Positions 11,608 through 23,259 of a DNA stretch of 64,000 bases are shown piece after piece. The notes beneath the pieces were generated by a model. It saw only the letters and a list, made by a program, of their open reading frames with translations, ran no database searches and was not told where the DNA came from. The stretch is from Negaprion brevirostris (Eukaryota), in contig JARDVH010000163.1 of assembly GCA_030324005.1 (NCBI GenBank), positions 45,884,109 through 45,948,108 on the forward strand, read 5' to 3'. Positions within the stretch are counted from its first letter, which is position 1. Each line of letters begins with the position of its first letter. Made by a program: the position numbers and the translations under genes.

Positions 11608-14580
11608 TCATAGAGGAATCATAGAGGTTTCTAGCATGGAAACAGGTTCTTCATCCCNNNNNNNNNNNNNNNNNNNNNNNNNNNNNNNNNNNNNNNNNNN
11701 NNNNNNNNNNNNNNNNNNNNNNNNNNNNNNNNNNNNNNNNNNNNNNNNNNNNNNNNNNNNNNNNNNNNNNNNNNNNNNNNNNNNNNNNNNNNNNNNNNNN
11801 NNNNNNNNNNNNNNNNNNNNNNNNNNNNNNNNNNNNNNNNNNNNNNNNNNNNNNNNNNNNNNNNNNNNNNNNNNNNNNNNNNNNNNNNNNNNNNNNNNNN
11901 NNNNNNNNNNNNNNNNNNNNNNNNNNNNNNNNNNNNNNNNNNNNNNNNNNNNNNNNNNNNNNNNNNNNNNNNNNNNNNNNNNNNNNNNNNNNNNNNNNNN
12001 NNNNNNNNNNNNNNNNNNNNNNNNNNNNNNNNNNNNNNNNNNNNNNNNNNNNNNNNNNNNNNNNNNNNNNNNNNNNNNNNNNNNNNNNNNNNNNNNNNNN
12101 NNNNNNNNNNNNNNNNNNNNNNNNNNNNNNNNNNNNNNNNNNNNNNNNNNNNNNNNNNNNNNNNNNNNNNNNNNNNNNNNNNNNNNNNNNNNNNNNNNNN
12201 NNNNNNNNNNNNNNNNNNNNNNNNNNNNNNNNNNNNNNNNNNNNNNNNNNNNNNNNNNNNNNNNNNNNNNNNNNNNNNNNNNNNNNNNNNNNTATAACTC
12301 TCCCCAATGCCCTTCCATTAACTGAGTAAGTCCTGCCTTAGTTTGATCTACCAAAATGCATCACCTTGCCTTTATCTAAATCAAACTCCATCTGCCATTT
12401 TTCAGCCCACTGGCCCAATTGATTAAGATCCCGTTGCAATCCTAGATAACACTTGTCACTGTCCACTATGCCTGCCACCAACCTTGGTGTCATCTGCACC
12501 ATGCCTCCTATATTCTCATCCAAATCATTAATATAAATGACAAATAACAGTGCACCCAGCACTGATCCCTGAGGCACACCACTGGTTACATCCCTCCAGT
12601 TTGAAAAACCACTCTCTGGCTTCTGTCAAGAAGCCAATTTTGTGTCTATTTAGCTACCTCACCCTGGATCCTGTGAGATTTAAGTAATGCAACAACCTAC
12701 CATCTGGTATTTTGTCAAAGGTCTTGCTAAAGTCCATGTAGACAACATCAACTGCCCTGCCCTCATCTGCCTTCTTGGTTAACCCTTCAAAAAATTCAAT
12801 CAACTTTGTGAGACATGATTTTCTACTCACAAAACCATTGTTTCTAATCAGTCCTTGCATCTCTAAATGCCTGTAGATCCTGTCTCTCAAAGTCCTTTCT
12901 AACAACTTACCCACTACAGATGTGAGGCTCACCTGCCTGCAGTTTCCAGGCTTTTCTCTGCAGCCCTGCTTAAACAAAGGCACACCATTTGCCACCCTCC
13001 AATCTTTAGGCATCTCACCTGTGACTATTGATAATTCCAATATCTCTGCTAGGGGACCTACAATTTCCTTCCTAGCCTCCTACAATGCTCTGGGAAACAT
13101 TTCAGAAGGTCCTGGGATTTATCTACCTTGATGTACTTTAAGACTTCCAGCACCACCTCCTCTGTTGTATGTACACTCCTCAAGCCATCATCATTTATTT
13201 CCCCAAGTTTGCTAACATCCATGCTTTTCTCAACAGTGAATACTGATGATAAATATTCATTTAAGATCGTACCCATCTCTTGTGGATTCGCACATAGATG
13301 ACATTGTTGACCCTTAAGACGTGCTACTCTCTCCCTAGTCACTGTTTTNNNNNNNNNNNNNNNNNNNNNNNNNNNNNNNNNNNNNNNNNNNNNNNNNNNN
13401 NNNNNNNNNNNNNNNNNNNNNNNNNNNNNNNNNNNNNNNNNNNNNNNNNNNNNNNNNNNNNNNNNNNNNNNNNNNNNNNNNNNNNNNNNNNNNNNNNNNN
13501 NNNNNNNNNNNNNNNNNNNNNNNNNNNNNNNNNNNNNNNNNNNNNNNNNNNNNNNNNNNNNNNNNNNNNNNNNNNNNNNNNNNNNNNNNNNNNNNNNNNN
13601 NNNNNNNNNNNNNNNNNNNNNNNNNNNNNNNNNNNNNNNNNNNNNNNNNNNNNNNNNNNNNNNNNNNNNNNNNNNNNNNNNNNNNNNNNNNNNNNNNNNN
13701 NNNNNNNNNNNNNNNNNNNNNNNNNNNNNNNNNNNNNNNNNNNNNNNNNNNNNNNNNNNNNNNNNNNNNNNNNNNNNNNNNNNNNNNNNNNNNNNNNNNN
13801 NNNNNNNNNNNNNNNNNNNNNNNNNNNNNNNNNNNNNNNNNNNNNNNNNNNNNNNNNNNNNNNNNNNNNNNNNNNNNNNNNNNNNNNNTTGTAGAAGCTC
13901 TTTGGATTCTCCTTTGCCTTATCTGCCAAAACAATTTCGTGTCCCCTTATTGCCCTCCTGATTTCTCTTAAACTCTATTCCTACACCCCCTATACTCTTC
14001 AAGAGATTCACTTGATCCCAGCTGCCTATGCATGTCATGTGTCTCTTTCTTCTTCTTGGCCAGGGCCTCAATATCCTGAGTCATCCAGGGTTCCCACTCT
14101 AAGAGGCATGTGTTTACCCTGAACCCTGGTTAACACACTTTGAAAGCATGCCGCTTACAGACATCCCTTTGCCTTCCCATAGACTCCCCCAATTAACTTT
14201 TGAAAGTTCCTGCCTGATCCCATCAAAATTGGCCTTGCCCCAATTTAGAATTTTAACTTTTGGGACAAACCTATCATTCTCCATAGCTATCTTAAAACTA
14301 ATAGAATTATGGTCACTGGTTCCAAAGTGATCCCTCACTAACACTTTTGTCCTCTGCCCTTTCTTATTTCCAAAGAGGAGGTGAAGCTTTGCCTCCTGTC
14401 TAGTTGGGCCATCCACATACTGACTGAAAAAAATCCTCCTGAATACACTCAATAAATTTCTCTTCATTTAACCCTGTAATACTATGGCTGTCCTAGTCAA
14501 TGTTGGGAAAGTTAAAATCCCCTACCATTACCACCCTAATTTTCTTGAAGCTATCTGCAATCTCCTTACACACTTGCTCC
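11608..14580 (-). mobile_element. Large CR1 LINE ORF2 remnant (endonuclease end to RT to 3' tail), interrupted by gaps
   Basis: ORFs 14114..14467 (GTSDHNSISF), 12654..13040 (DWRVAN..VDVVYMDFSKTFDKI) and 12338..12577 (PQGSVLG..YINDLD); tail at 11608-11640. Confidence 0.92.
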
Positions 14581-14945
14581 TCATGCTTGGTCATAAACTC
14601 TAAAACAACATTGTCCATCTTAGAAACATATGGACAGAAGTTTAAAGCTCATCAGCATAAATAACTCAATGATCACGGCTTTACACAGTGGAACAAACTA
14701 GAAGTATAATTGTAAAGCATTCTTGTTGCACAGATTTCATATTGTGGTTACTCAAAGACTAGGCACATAAAAATATAAATAAATTATATTGCAGTGACTG
14801 TTTAAAAATTTGTAATGAATTTGTTGATCTCTGCTGGATCTCTTCCTTACCTATTATACTGATGTGCCAGTTTGTCATAAAATCAAAATACTGTGGATGC
14901 TGGAAATTTGAAATAATGTCTATTTTACATCTTGACAAAGGGAAA

Positions 14946-14995
14946 AGACTTCTCACTATGCTTACCCAAGTCCAATGCTGGCATCTCCACATCAT
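14946..14995 (+). mobile_element. PLE family A terminal fragment
   Basis: agacttctcact...gtccaatgctggcatctccacatcatg matches the family A end. Confidence 0.65.
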
Positions 14996-15270
14996 GGCTT
15001 ACATCTTTTGTTTCAGGACTTTGTTTTTCAGAGTCATACATTAATGCTCTGCCTTTGCTTAATTTGCCACGATAGTTTTATTTCTCAAGTTTATTCATGT
15101 TTAGTTTCTCACCCGGCTCCCAGAACTGAATGTGTGGAAAACTTTTTAAAACTGGGTTGAAACATTGAAATATATTTTAAGTATTGAAGCTCATTAAATG
15201 TGCACATTGTCCTTTTGGTATATTTAGCCTCTGCTCTATGTGGAGATTCTGACATCCCATATTCACAGCA

Positions 15271-15490
15271 AAGTCAGAAGTCTCACAACATCAGGTTAAA
15301 GTCCAACAAGTGTATTTGAAATCATGAACTTCCTGAGTGCTGCTCCTATATCAGGTGATTCTGACTCACTTGATGAAGGAGCAGCACCCTACAAGCTTGT
15401 GATTCCAAATAAACTCATTAGACTTTAACATGGTGTTGTGAGACTTCCTACTGCACCCAGCCCAGTCCAATGCTGGAATTTCCACATCAT
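15271..15490. mobile_element. PLE family A remnant: two inverted terminal-repeat copies
   Basis: 15272-15358 and 15366-15452 are imperfect reverse complements. Both match 4245-4343 and both have decayed hammerhead cores. Confidence 0.8.
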
Positions 15491-16137
15491 ATTGGCAGCA
15501 AGGCAGTAATAAGCTGCAGCGAAGTACAACCTGAAATCAACATAGTGCCAAAGTGCAAAGTGTAAGTACTAGGAAATACATTTCCAACTTGCTATGAGCT
15601 AAAGGGAACAAGCTTTTTGTGTGGATTTCCTTTTAAGTGGGACCAGTTATCTGAATTTCTATTCTCAAATTTAGCCTTCGATTGTTCAGAATTTTGAGGT
15701 AACTAGCTCCAACATTTCTAAGTTATTTGTCTGCATCAAACGAATGTACGTTCTCCTGAGCTGTGGCATCTTTAAGCACTGTGGCACAGTGTATTCACCT
15801 TTTTTTTCTCCACTTGAATATAGATAAATAATTAGAAAAGACAACAACTTGAGTTTAACAGATCGGCTTTATAGCAAAAAGATTGGCAAGGGATTCCGAC
15901 CAAATGAGAATGGAACGTCCTGGCGACCAAATAGTCAAAGGGTGGGTTAAAAAGTGAGTTTTGAAGATGCCTATAGCGAAGGCATGCTGGAAGCTTTTGT
16001 ATGCTCGAGGATCTTGGACAGTTTATTATTCGATCCTATTTTATATATGAAGAATAGCTTTTATCTAACTGCTTCAAATTTCTAACGTATGTCTAGATTT
16101 AAAGTTGTCAAAGAATCTCTCCACTACTGGATTGCTT

Positions 16138-16346
16138 CCAAAAGAGAAAATGCTGGAAAATCTCAGCAAGCCTGGCAGATCTGTAAGGAGAAATAAGAGG
16201 TGAAATTTCGAGTCCGGATGAGTGTCATCTGGGCTCGAAACGTCAGCTATTTTCTCTCCTTCCAGATGCTGCCAGACCTGCTGAGATTTTCCAGTATTTT
16301 CTCTTTTGGTTTCAGATTCCAGCATCCACAGTCATTTACTTTTATA
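16138..16346. mobile_element. PLE family B terminal repeats fused head-to-head (palindrome)
   Basis: Arms 16138-16221 and 16225-16309 are reverse complements with a 3-nt spacer. Sequence is the ..ctcGAAAcgtc..cagatgctgccagacctgctgag..ccagcattt motif seen at several other loci. Confidence 0.8.
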
Positions 16347-17377
16347 CTGAGTTGCTTCCCATTGACTGCCTCAGCTAAAATGGAAAAAGGACCAACCAAT
16401 TTACAGAAAACGATGCAATGAAAATCTAGAAGTGTAAGTTCCGAGCAAGATACACTTATAAACTTTTACAGCATTAATCCTAATGAAGTTATATGAGCCA
16501 AAGAATGTTTAGCAATGTCTTATAGGACGATTTTTAGGCATTGACTTTGTAATGGCAATAACTAAGTGTTTTAGTAGAATGCGAAGACAGTCAAATATTA
16601 ATCTCGATGGAAACTAGTGCAACAATAACTGACATATCTGAAGCCATTGAAACAGTTAAAAAACCCAATAACATAAATGAACGCCCTAACAATTTTCAGG
16701 AACTTCATTTTTGTAATAGAATAGTTGAAAGCTGAGTTCCAGTTTTCACTCATCCGCAGTCCACTTTGCTTCTATTATTCAAAACAGTTCTTTCATTTCG
16801 ACTTAATTGCATCACACTGATACATGGTATGAAAGTCAGATTTCTTATTGAATAAACTGGCGCTTACAGTAATTCATTTAATCAGAAGATTTTAATCAAA
16901 AGGATCAACCTATTTCACGTTTAGCCTTTATTTCTAACAGAAATGTGCTATATAATTAATTAAATGAATTGTTATATGGTTTTCTCCAATTGAGGTTATA
17001 CAGCTACATCATACTCATTTGTGTCTCTTTGCTACACTCTATTTTGAATCATTTTGATCCCGTATCTTCCACTTAGAAAGCATGAGATATACTTTCCATG
17101 ACTAATTATAGTAACTGTAGAAAAACAACTTTAGCCTGAGTAGTAAGAGCCTACCGGGTAGAATGTTAATGCCCGGTTCGATACTTTGCCTAAGCTTTTC
17201 TGAATTAGCTCAGTGAAGGTGAGTGAACACACACAAGCACACAATCCTGCTTTAAATCCTCAGCTCGCATTCTGCAGAACAGTTCATTTATTACATTTAC
17301 TGCATATGCACACAGTGAATTGAGTTTTGGCCGCCTTTTTGTGGCAGATGATATGGCTGTGGATTATTGTTTTTACG

Positions 17378-17725
17378 GAGGAGTTTTGACCAATTCGCCT
17401 CTCCGGCAGTATTTCAACCTTTGAAGGAGTAAAATCTATGAAAGGGAATGGGTGCGCTCCAATGGAAGCGCACTGGAAACTTAATATTTTTCGCCAAGTG
17501 GTTTGGCTTAACATTTCAGCACCATGGTCTGTGGACAGTGTCAGAGCAGAAAGTGAAAGCGAAGCCCACAACACCCTCAGCACAGAACCAAGTCTAGAGG
17601 TCGCAAGCGCAAGCCCCCAGCTGTCCATTCCACCTGCATTTGCACGCAAATGTACTTCAGGATTTTGCACTGGAATTTAATGGTCCGATTTTGCGGATAA
17701 CAAATTGGTAAGGTTAAAAGTCCTC
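17378..17725. mobile_element. MITE-like element with 14-bp imperfect TIR
   Basis: gaggagttttgacc ... ggttaaaagtcctc. Confidence 0.45.
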
Positions 17726-18154
17726 ACGTTTTCACAGTTATTAAAGATCTGAAAAGCCTGAAATAAAATGAAGACATGCTGAAAATATGCAGTGGATGCG
17801 ACAGTGTCAGAGAGTAAGGGAGTTAAAATCTCAGATCTGTAACCTTTAATCAGAACTGGGAGAAATTAAAAATGTATTAAGTTTTGAGGAAATGAAGGGA
17901 AAATGTGTAAAGAGATTAAATGATGTAAGAAGATTTAATGGTGCATGGCCATGGCAGTGTTGATCGGACAACTGAACAAACTAGATATGTACTTAGATGT
18001 GGTGTAAATAGCAGAATAGCTGCCATCAGAATATGAAATATAATAAATAATGATAAATAAGAGAAGCAAAAACAAAGAAACAAATAGGGACAAATGTTAT
18101 GATCTAAAATTGTTGACCTCAATATTGAGTCCAGACGCCTGTAAAATGCCCATT

Positions 18155-19505
18155 TGTGGTGATAAGTTGTTGGAAGGTATTTTGAGAGACAGGATCTACA
18201 GACATTTAGAGATGCAAGGACTGATTACAAACAATCAGCATGGCTTTGTGAGTGGAAAATAATGTCTCACAAATTTGATTGAGTTTTTTAAAGGGGTAAC
18301 CAAGAAGGTAGATGAGGGCAGTGCAGTTGATGTTGTGTACATGGACTGTAGCAAGGCCTTTGACATGGTAGGTTGTTGCATAAGGTTAAATCTCATGGGA
18401 TCCAGGATGAGCTGGCAAAATAGATACAAAATTGGCTTCTTGACAGAAGCCAGACTGTGGTTGTAGGTGGTTATTTTTCGAACNNNNNNNNNNNNNNNNN
18501 NNNNNNNNNNNNNNNNNNNNNNNNNNNNNNNNNNNNNNNNNNNNNNNNNNNNNNNNNNNNNNNNNNNNNNNNNNNNNNNNNNNNNNNNNNNNNNNNNNNN
18601 NNNNNNNNNNNNNNNNNNNNNNNNNNNNNNNNNNNNNNNNNNNNNNNNNNNNNNNNNNNNNNNNNNNNNNNNNNNNNNNNNNNNNNNNNNNNNNNNNNNN
18701 NNNNNNNNNNNNNNNNNNNNNNNNNNNNNNNNNNNNNNNNNNNNNNNNNNNNNNNNNNNNNNNNNNNNNNNNNNNNNNNNNNNNNNNNNNNNNNNNNNNN
18801 NNNNNNNNNNNNNNNNNNNNNNNNNNNNNNNNNNNNNNNNNNNNNNNNNNNNNNNNNNNNNNNNNNNNNNNNNNNNNNNNNNNNNNNNNNNNNNNNNNNN
18901 NNNNNNNNNNNNNNNNNNNNNNNNNNNNNNNNNNNNNNNNNNNNNNNNNNNNNNNNNNNNNNNNNNNNNNNNNNNNNNNNNNNNNNNNNNNNNNNNNNNN
19001 NNNNNNNNNNNNNNNNNNNNNNNNNNNNNNNNNNNNNNNNNNNNNNNNNNNNNNNNNNNNNNNNNNNNNNNNNNNNNNNNNNNNNNNNNNNNNNNNNNNN
19101 NNNNNNNNNNNNNNNNNNNNNNNNNNNNNNNNNNNNNNNNNNNNNNNNNNNNNNNNNNNNNNNNNNNNNNNNNNNNNNNNNNNNNNNNNNNNNNNNNNNN
19201 NNNNNNNNNNNNNNNNNNNNNNNNNNNNNNNNNNNNNNNNNNNNNNNNNNNNNNNNNNNNNNNNNNNNNNNNNNNNNNNNNNNNNNNNNNNNNNNNNNNN
19301 NNNNNNNNNNNNNNNNNNNNNNNNNNNNNNNNNNNNNNNNNNNNNNNNNNNNNNNNNATTTAGATAGTTACGTGGGTATGATCGGTATAAAATGATATGG
19401 GCCAATAGCAGGCAATTGGGATTAGCCTAGGGGTTTAAAAGAAAGGGCGGCATGGACGTTGGGCCAAAAGGCCTGTTTCCATGCTGTCAACTTCTATGAC
19501 TCTAT
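18155..19505 (+). mobile_element. CR1 LINE fragment (RT to 3' tail) spanning a gap
   Basis: KLLEGILRDRIY..QHGFVSGK and VDVVYMDCSKAFD; ends ctatgactctatga. Confidence 0.88.
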
Positions 19506-19864
19506 GACACAAATCAAGGGTTTGTTCCTTGAGCTTGCATGGAGGTTCATTGGAACACTATAGGCCTGGGGCAGGAAAGTTATAATGGGAGCAAGGTGGA
19601 CAATTAAAATGACAGATGACTGGACACTTGGGGTCGTGCTTGAGGACTGAATAGAATGTAGAGGACACCACATTGTGAACAGCCAATACAGAATAAAATT
19701 TTGAAAGGAGTCCATGTATATCATTTTTTCACTTGGGAGGAGTCTTTATTTGCAGTCTTTAATGGTGAGAAAGGAATAGGTAAAAGAGGAAGAGAAATGG
19801 TGGGTATCAGATAACTGAGGAGGAGACTAAGGCATCATGAGGAGAGTAGTCTCTTCAAAGTTAA

Positions 19865-20123
19865 AGTTTATTGAAAACAAGTGAAACTTATATTAACACT
19901 GCGATGAAATTACTGTGAAATTCCTCTAGTCACCACAGTCTGGCACCTGTTGGGATCAATGCACCTAACCAGCACATCTTTTAGAATGTGGGATGAAACT
20001 GGAGCACCTGGAGAAAACTCACGTGGACACGGGGAGAATGTGCAAACTCCACACAGACAGTGACCCAAGCTGGGATTTAATCCCAGGTCCGTGGTACTGT
20101 GAGGCAGCTGTGCTAACCACTGT
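19865..20123 (-). mobile_element. V-SINE, second tail type, nested in a PLE
   Basis: Same head, V-domain and tail as 1361-1641. Confidence 0.88.
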
Positions 20124-21688
20124 GATGTGTTTGAAAGTGGAGGAAATTGTGGGAGATGATCTGTTGAATTGCAAAGGATGGTGGAGTGGAAGGTGAGGAC
20201 AAGAGGAGCCCAATCATGATCCTGCAATGGAGTGGAAGGGATGAGAGCAGAAGTGCATGAAATAGAATGGATATGATTGATATCGACCATGCTGGGGTGG
20301 AATCCTTGGCTGACATAAATGGAAGACATATTGGAAATATTAACTCTGTTCCTCTCTGTCAGATTCTATTAGTTCTTCTTCTGAGTTCTAGGATTCTATA
20401 CTCTTATTCTAGATTTCCAGCAGTGGATTGCTTTTATAATGAAAACTAAAGCTTGGCTCTTTTCATTCACTGATGAAATCAAATAGAAATTAGAAGGCCA
20501 CTAAGTTGGAAAAGCAGCATTTTATGGCTTCACTCAAGCAAGGCCAGAAATTCCCACCTGAGGTCAATGGATATTTCCGTAGTCTGCCCTTGCCCCCTCC
20601 AATTCCATGGCGGGTGAGGCAGTAGGATTCTGGTGATCCTCTCAGGACTTGTGAGAACAGAATAAGCAACTGTCTACCGCCTTGAACTAAACAGATTGAA
20701 GAATCATTCATGAATGGCATTAGGAAGCATCAGTTAGAATTTTGACCCAGATTTTGTGATCAGTGGCAAACATACAGCTTTTGGTAATCATTATGCTGAA
20801 TGACTCACCAACTTTCTGTGGTCTTTTGTGATGCATATTAAAATCCTAAAGAGCTATTTCAGCACAGTGCCATCCACAGAGATATGGGGTATATGTGAAT
20901 AGGGAAAGCATGTCTCTTTGACAAATTGGATTGAGAAAATCCTTACTGAACCACACAGAGTCTAAATGAGTTAGAATATTTAATATGATGTAAAATAATG
21001 TACAGAAAGCAAAATAAAAAGAGGGAAAGTAAGATGAGATTAAAGACAGTGGGGAAGGGGTGGTGGAATAATGAGACAGAAAGAAAGGTTTAAAGTTTTT
21101 AAAATGTCCGACAAAATGCAACTTCAGATTTGTAAAAGTCTATTATCACAACCAGGGAGGTTGTTTGATGGTAACTAATATTTATGATGCTTATAAAAAT
21201 TCACCTAACATTGGCCTGCCTATTGGGTAAATAGTGGGTAAGCACCACAATTCCACATTTTTCATATGTTTGAATGCTGAATATGTAAGCACCAATAAAA
21301 TGCAACATATGGAAGAGCAAGGCAACTTGGACACCGACTTCATGATTTTTGGGTTTAACAATGTATGTGGTCGATGGAAATTCCTTTTGGGTTTACCCTG
21401 CAATAATTGTGAACATGGATGGCTTAATTAGTATTCTTTCTTCAAATTTAATTCATTGTTAAATCAGGTATGATAGTGAATAAAAAGTGAAAAGACAGAA
21501 TTGAGAGACAAACAAAGATTAACTTAAAATCTCTAACAATAAAGATCCAAAGGACTGAGACTCCACATTCTTAAAAGTTATTTGTTCCCATCCCACTGGG
21601 TTTTCCTTTGGCAGTGGATTCCCAGTCGTTCAGAATTTGGCTCACTGCCATGTCTCTTCTAGGAATGCATTCAGATTTTATTGGAGAT

Positions 21689-21985
21689 GGTGGCACAGTG
21701 GTTAGCATTGCTGCCTCAAAGCACCAGGGACCCGGGTTCAATTCGAGCCTTGGTTGACGGTCTGTGTGAAATTTCTCCGTTCTCCCCATGTCCTCTGGGT
21801 GCTCCGCTTCCCACAATCCAATGATATGTGTGTGAGAAGGATTGGCCATGATAAAATTGTCTCTTAGTGTCAGGGGGATTTGCAGGGTAAGTATGTGGGG
21901 TTACAAAGATAGGGCTCAAGTGGGATTGTTGTCAACGCAAATTTGTTGTCAATGCCTCCTACTGCACTGTAGGGATTCTATGATT
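21689..21985 (+). mobile_element. HE1/V-SINE, CR1-type tail
   Basis: A box TGGCACAGTGG 21691-21701, B box GGTTCAATTCG 21735-21745, tail gcactgtagggattctatga. Confidence 0.9.
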
Positions 21986-22009
21986 AAAATACATAAAACA
22001 AATTAATGT

Positions 22010-22890
22010 TCAAAGCAGTGATTGACAGATCTCTGTACACCAATGACATAGAAGGATAAGAATATAATATGGAGAAAAATCATTGATGTTGACAATTAGC
22101 TATGATCACACTGAAAGAGCAGGTTGGATGGGCTGAATGGCCTACTCCTACTCCTATGTTCCCACTGTTTTCAGATTCCTTTATCCTTCCTAATCTCACC
22201 TATCTTTCTCCTTCATTATTTTGCTTCACTTCAATTCAATGCTTCATTCAATGTTCCACTTGATCAATTGGGCCAGTGGGCTGATGAATGGCAGATGGAG
22301 TTTAATTTAGATAAATGCAGGGTAATGCATTTTGGTAGATTGAACCAGGGTACGACTTACTCAGTTAATGGTAGGGCACTGGGGAGAATTACAATGAGAT
22401 TTAGGGGTACAAGTTCATAGCTCCTTGAAAGTGAAGTCACAGCTGGACAGAGTGGTGAGAAAGGCATTCAGAATGCTTGATTTCATTGGTCAGAATATTG
22501 AATACAGGAGTTGGGACTTACTGAAGTTGTACATTGGTAAGTCCACACTTGGAATACTGTGTACAGTTCTGGTCACCCTATTATAGAAAGGATGTTATTA
22601 AACTCGAAAGAGTGCAGAAAAGATTTATTAGGATGCTACTGGGACTTGATGGTTTGAGTTTTAAGGTGAGGATGGTGAGTGCCTGGAACAAGCTGCCATA
22701 GGTAGTAGTAGAGGCGGATACAATTTTGTCTTTTAAAATGTGCTTAGACAATTACGTGAGTAAGATGGGTATAGAGGGATATGAGCCAAATACAGGCAAT
22801 TGGGACCAGGTTACAGGTATTAAAAAAAGGATGGCATGGACAAGGTGGGACGAAGGGCCTGTTTCCATGCTGTAAACTTCTACGACTCTA
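22010..22890 (+). mobile_element. Two adjacent CR1 3' fragments immediately upstream of the promoter
   Basis: WADEWQMEFNLDKCRVMHFG and ..PHLEYCVQFWSP..; tails at about 22160 and 22890. Confidence 0.85.
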
Positions 22891-22991
22891 TTTCACCAGG
22901 CTATATGCTGCTCTTCAGCAATTCTTCAGTCCTAGTGATTATGGGGATGCTGAATATACAGTTGCTTGCCCCTGCTCACACAAGCTCTGGA

Positions 22992-23010
22992 TGCTCTGTA
23001 GAGGGCGCCA
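22992..23010 (+). promoter_or_regulatory. Candidate CTCF binding motif
   Basis: tgctctgtagagggcgcca closely matches the CTCF core consensus (TGGCCACCAGGGGGCGCTA-like). It sits at the upstream edge of the CpG-rich promoter. Confidence 0.5.
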
Positions 23011-23256
23011 CGAACTTCCAGTATCAAAACCAATAGACAGTCTACAACGAGCGGGAACAGCAAAATCCGGTTCCCTGTACACCCGGGTGTGTCTGTCAAT
23101 GTTTCTCGGCGTGGTTATCTCCAAAGGACGGATATTGAAAACTGTGATGTATAAAGCCACAAATGACGCTTGAGATGTGATTTTTCAGCGAAGGAATTAG
23201 CGTATCGGTACAATTTGCTAACAGGCTGGACTCTAGTCGCAGTCCCTTTATTGAGG

Positions 23257-23259
23257 ATG
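23257..23259 (+). CDS. gucy1b2: Soluble guanylate cyclase beta-2, coding exon 1 (ATG only)
   Basis: gaggATG|gtaagt: perfect donor directly after an ATG with a purine at -3. It joins in phase 0 to TAT GGA TTT (M-YGF), the known ATG-only first-exon layout of sGC beta genes. Confidence 0.85.

Larger units (their letters stand above)
17755..20445 (-). mobile_element. Old PLE family B element split by nested CR1 and SINE insertions
   Basis: 17755-18152, 19509-19860 and 20125-20330 are collinear pieces; the first two parallel 30740-31370. A forward terminal-repeat remnant lies at about 20332-20445. Confidence 0.65.

Noticed and set aside
17438-17715. 80-aa ORF followed by a GTAAGG donor-like site, possibly an upstream exon
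   Set aside because: No recognisable protein, and it lies inside a TIR-bounded MITE-like element whose right TIR overlaps the donor-like site.
21689-21750. tRNA gene (A and B boxes)
   Set aside because: It is the tRNA-derived head of a SINE, followed by a V-domain and tail; there is no cloverleaf or Pol III terminator.
1-22900. Exons of neighbouring genes expected from mammalian synteny (FAM124A, C13orf42)
   Set aside because: No matching peptide recognised on either strand; small exons or exons within gaps cannot be excluded.
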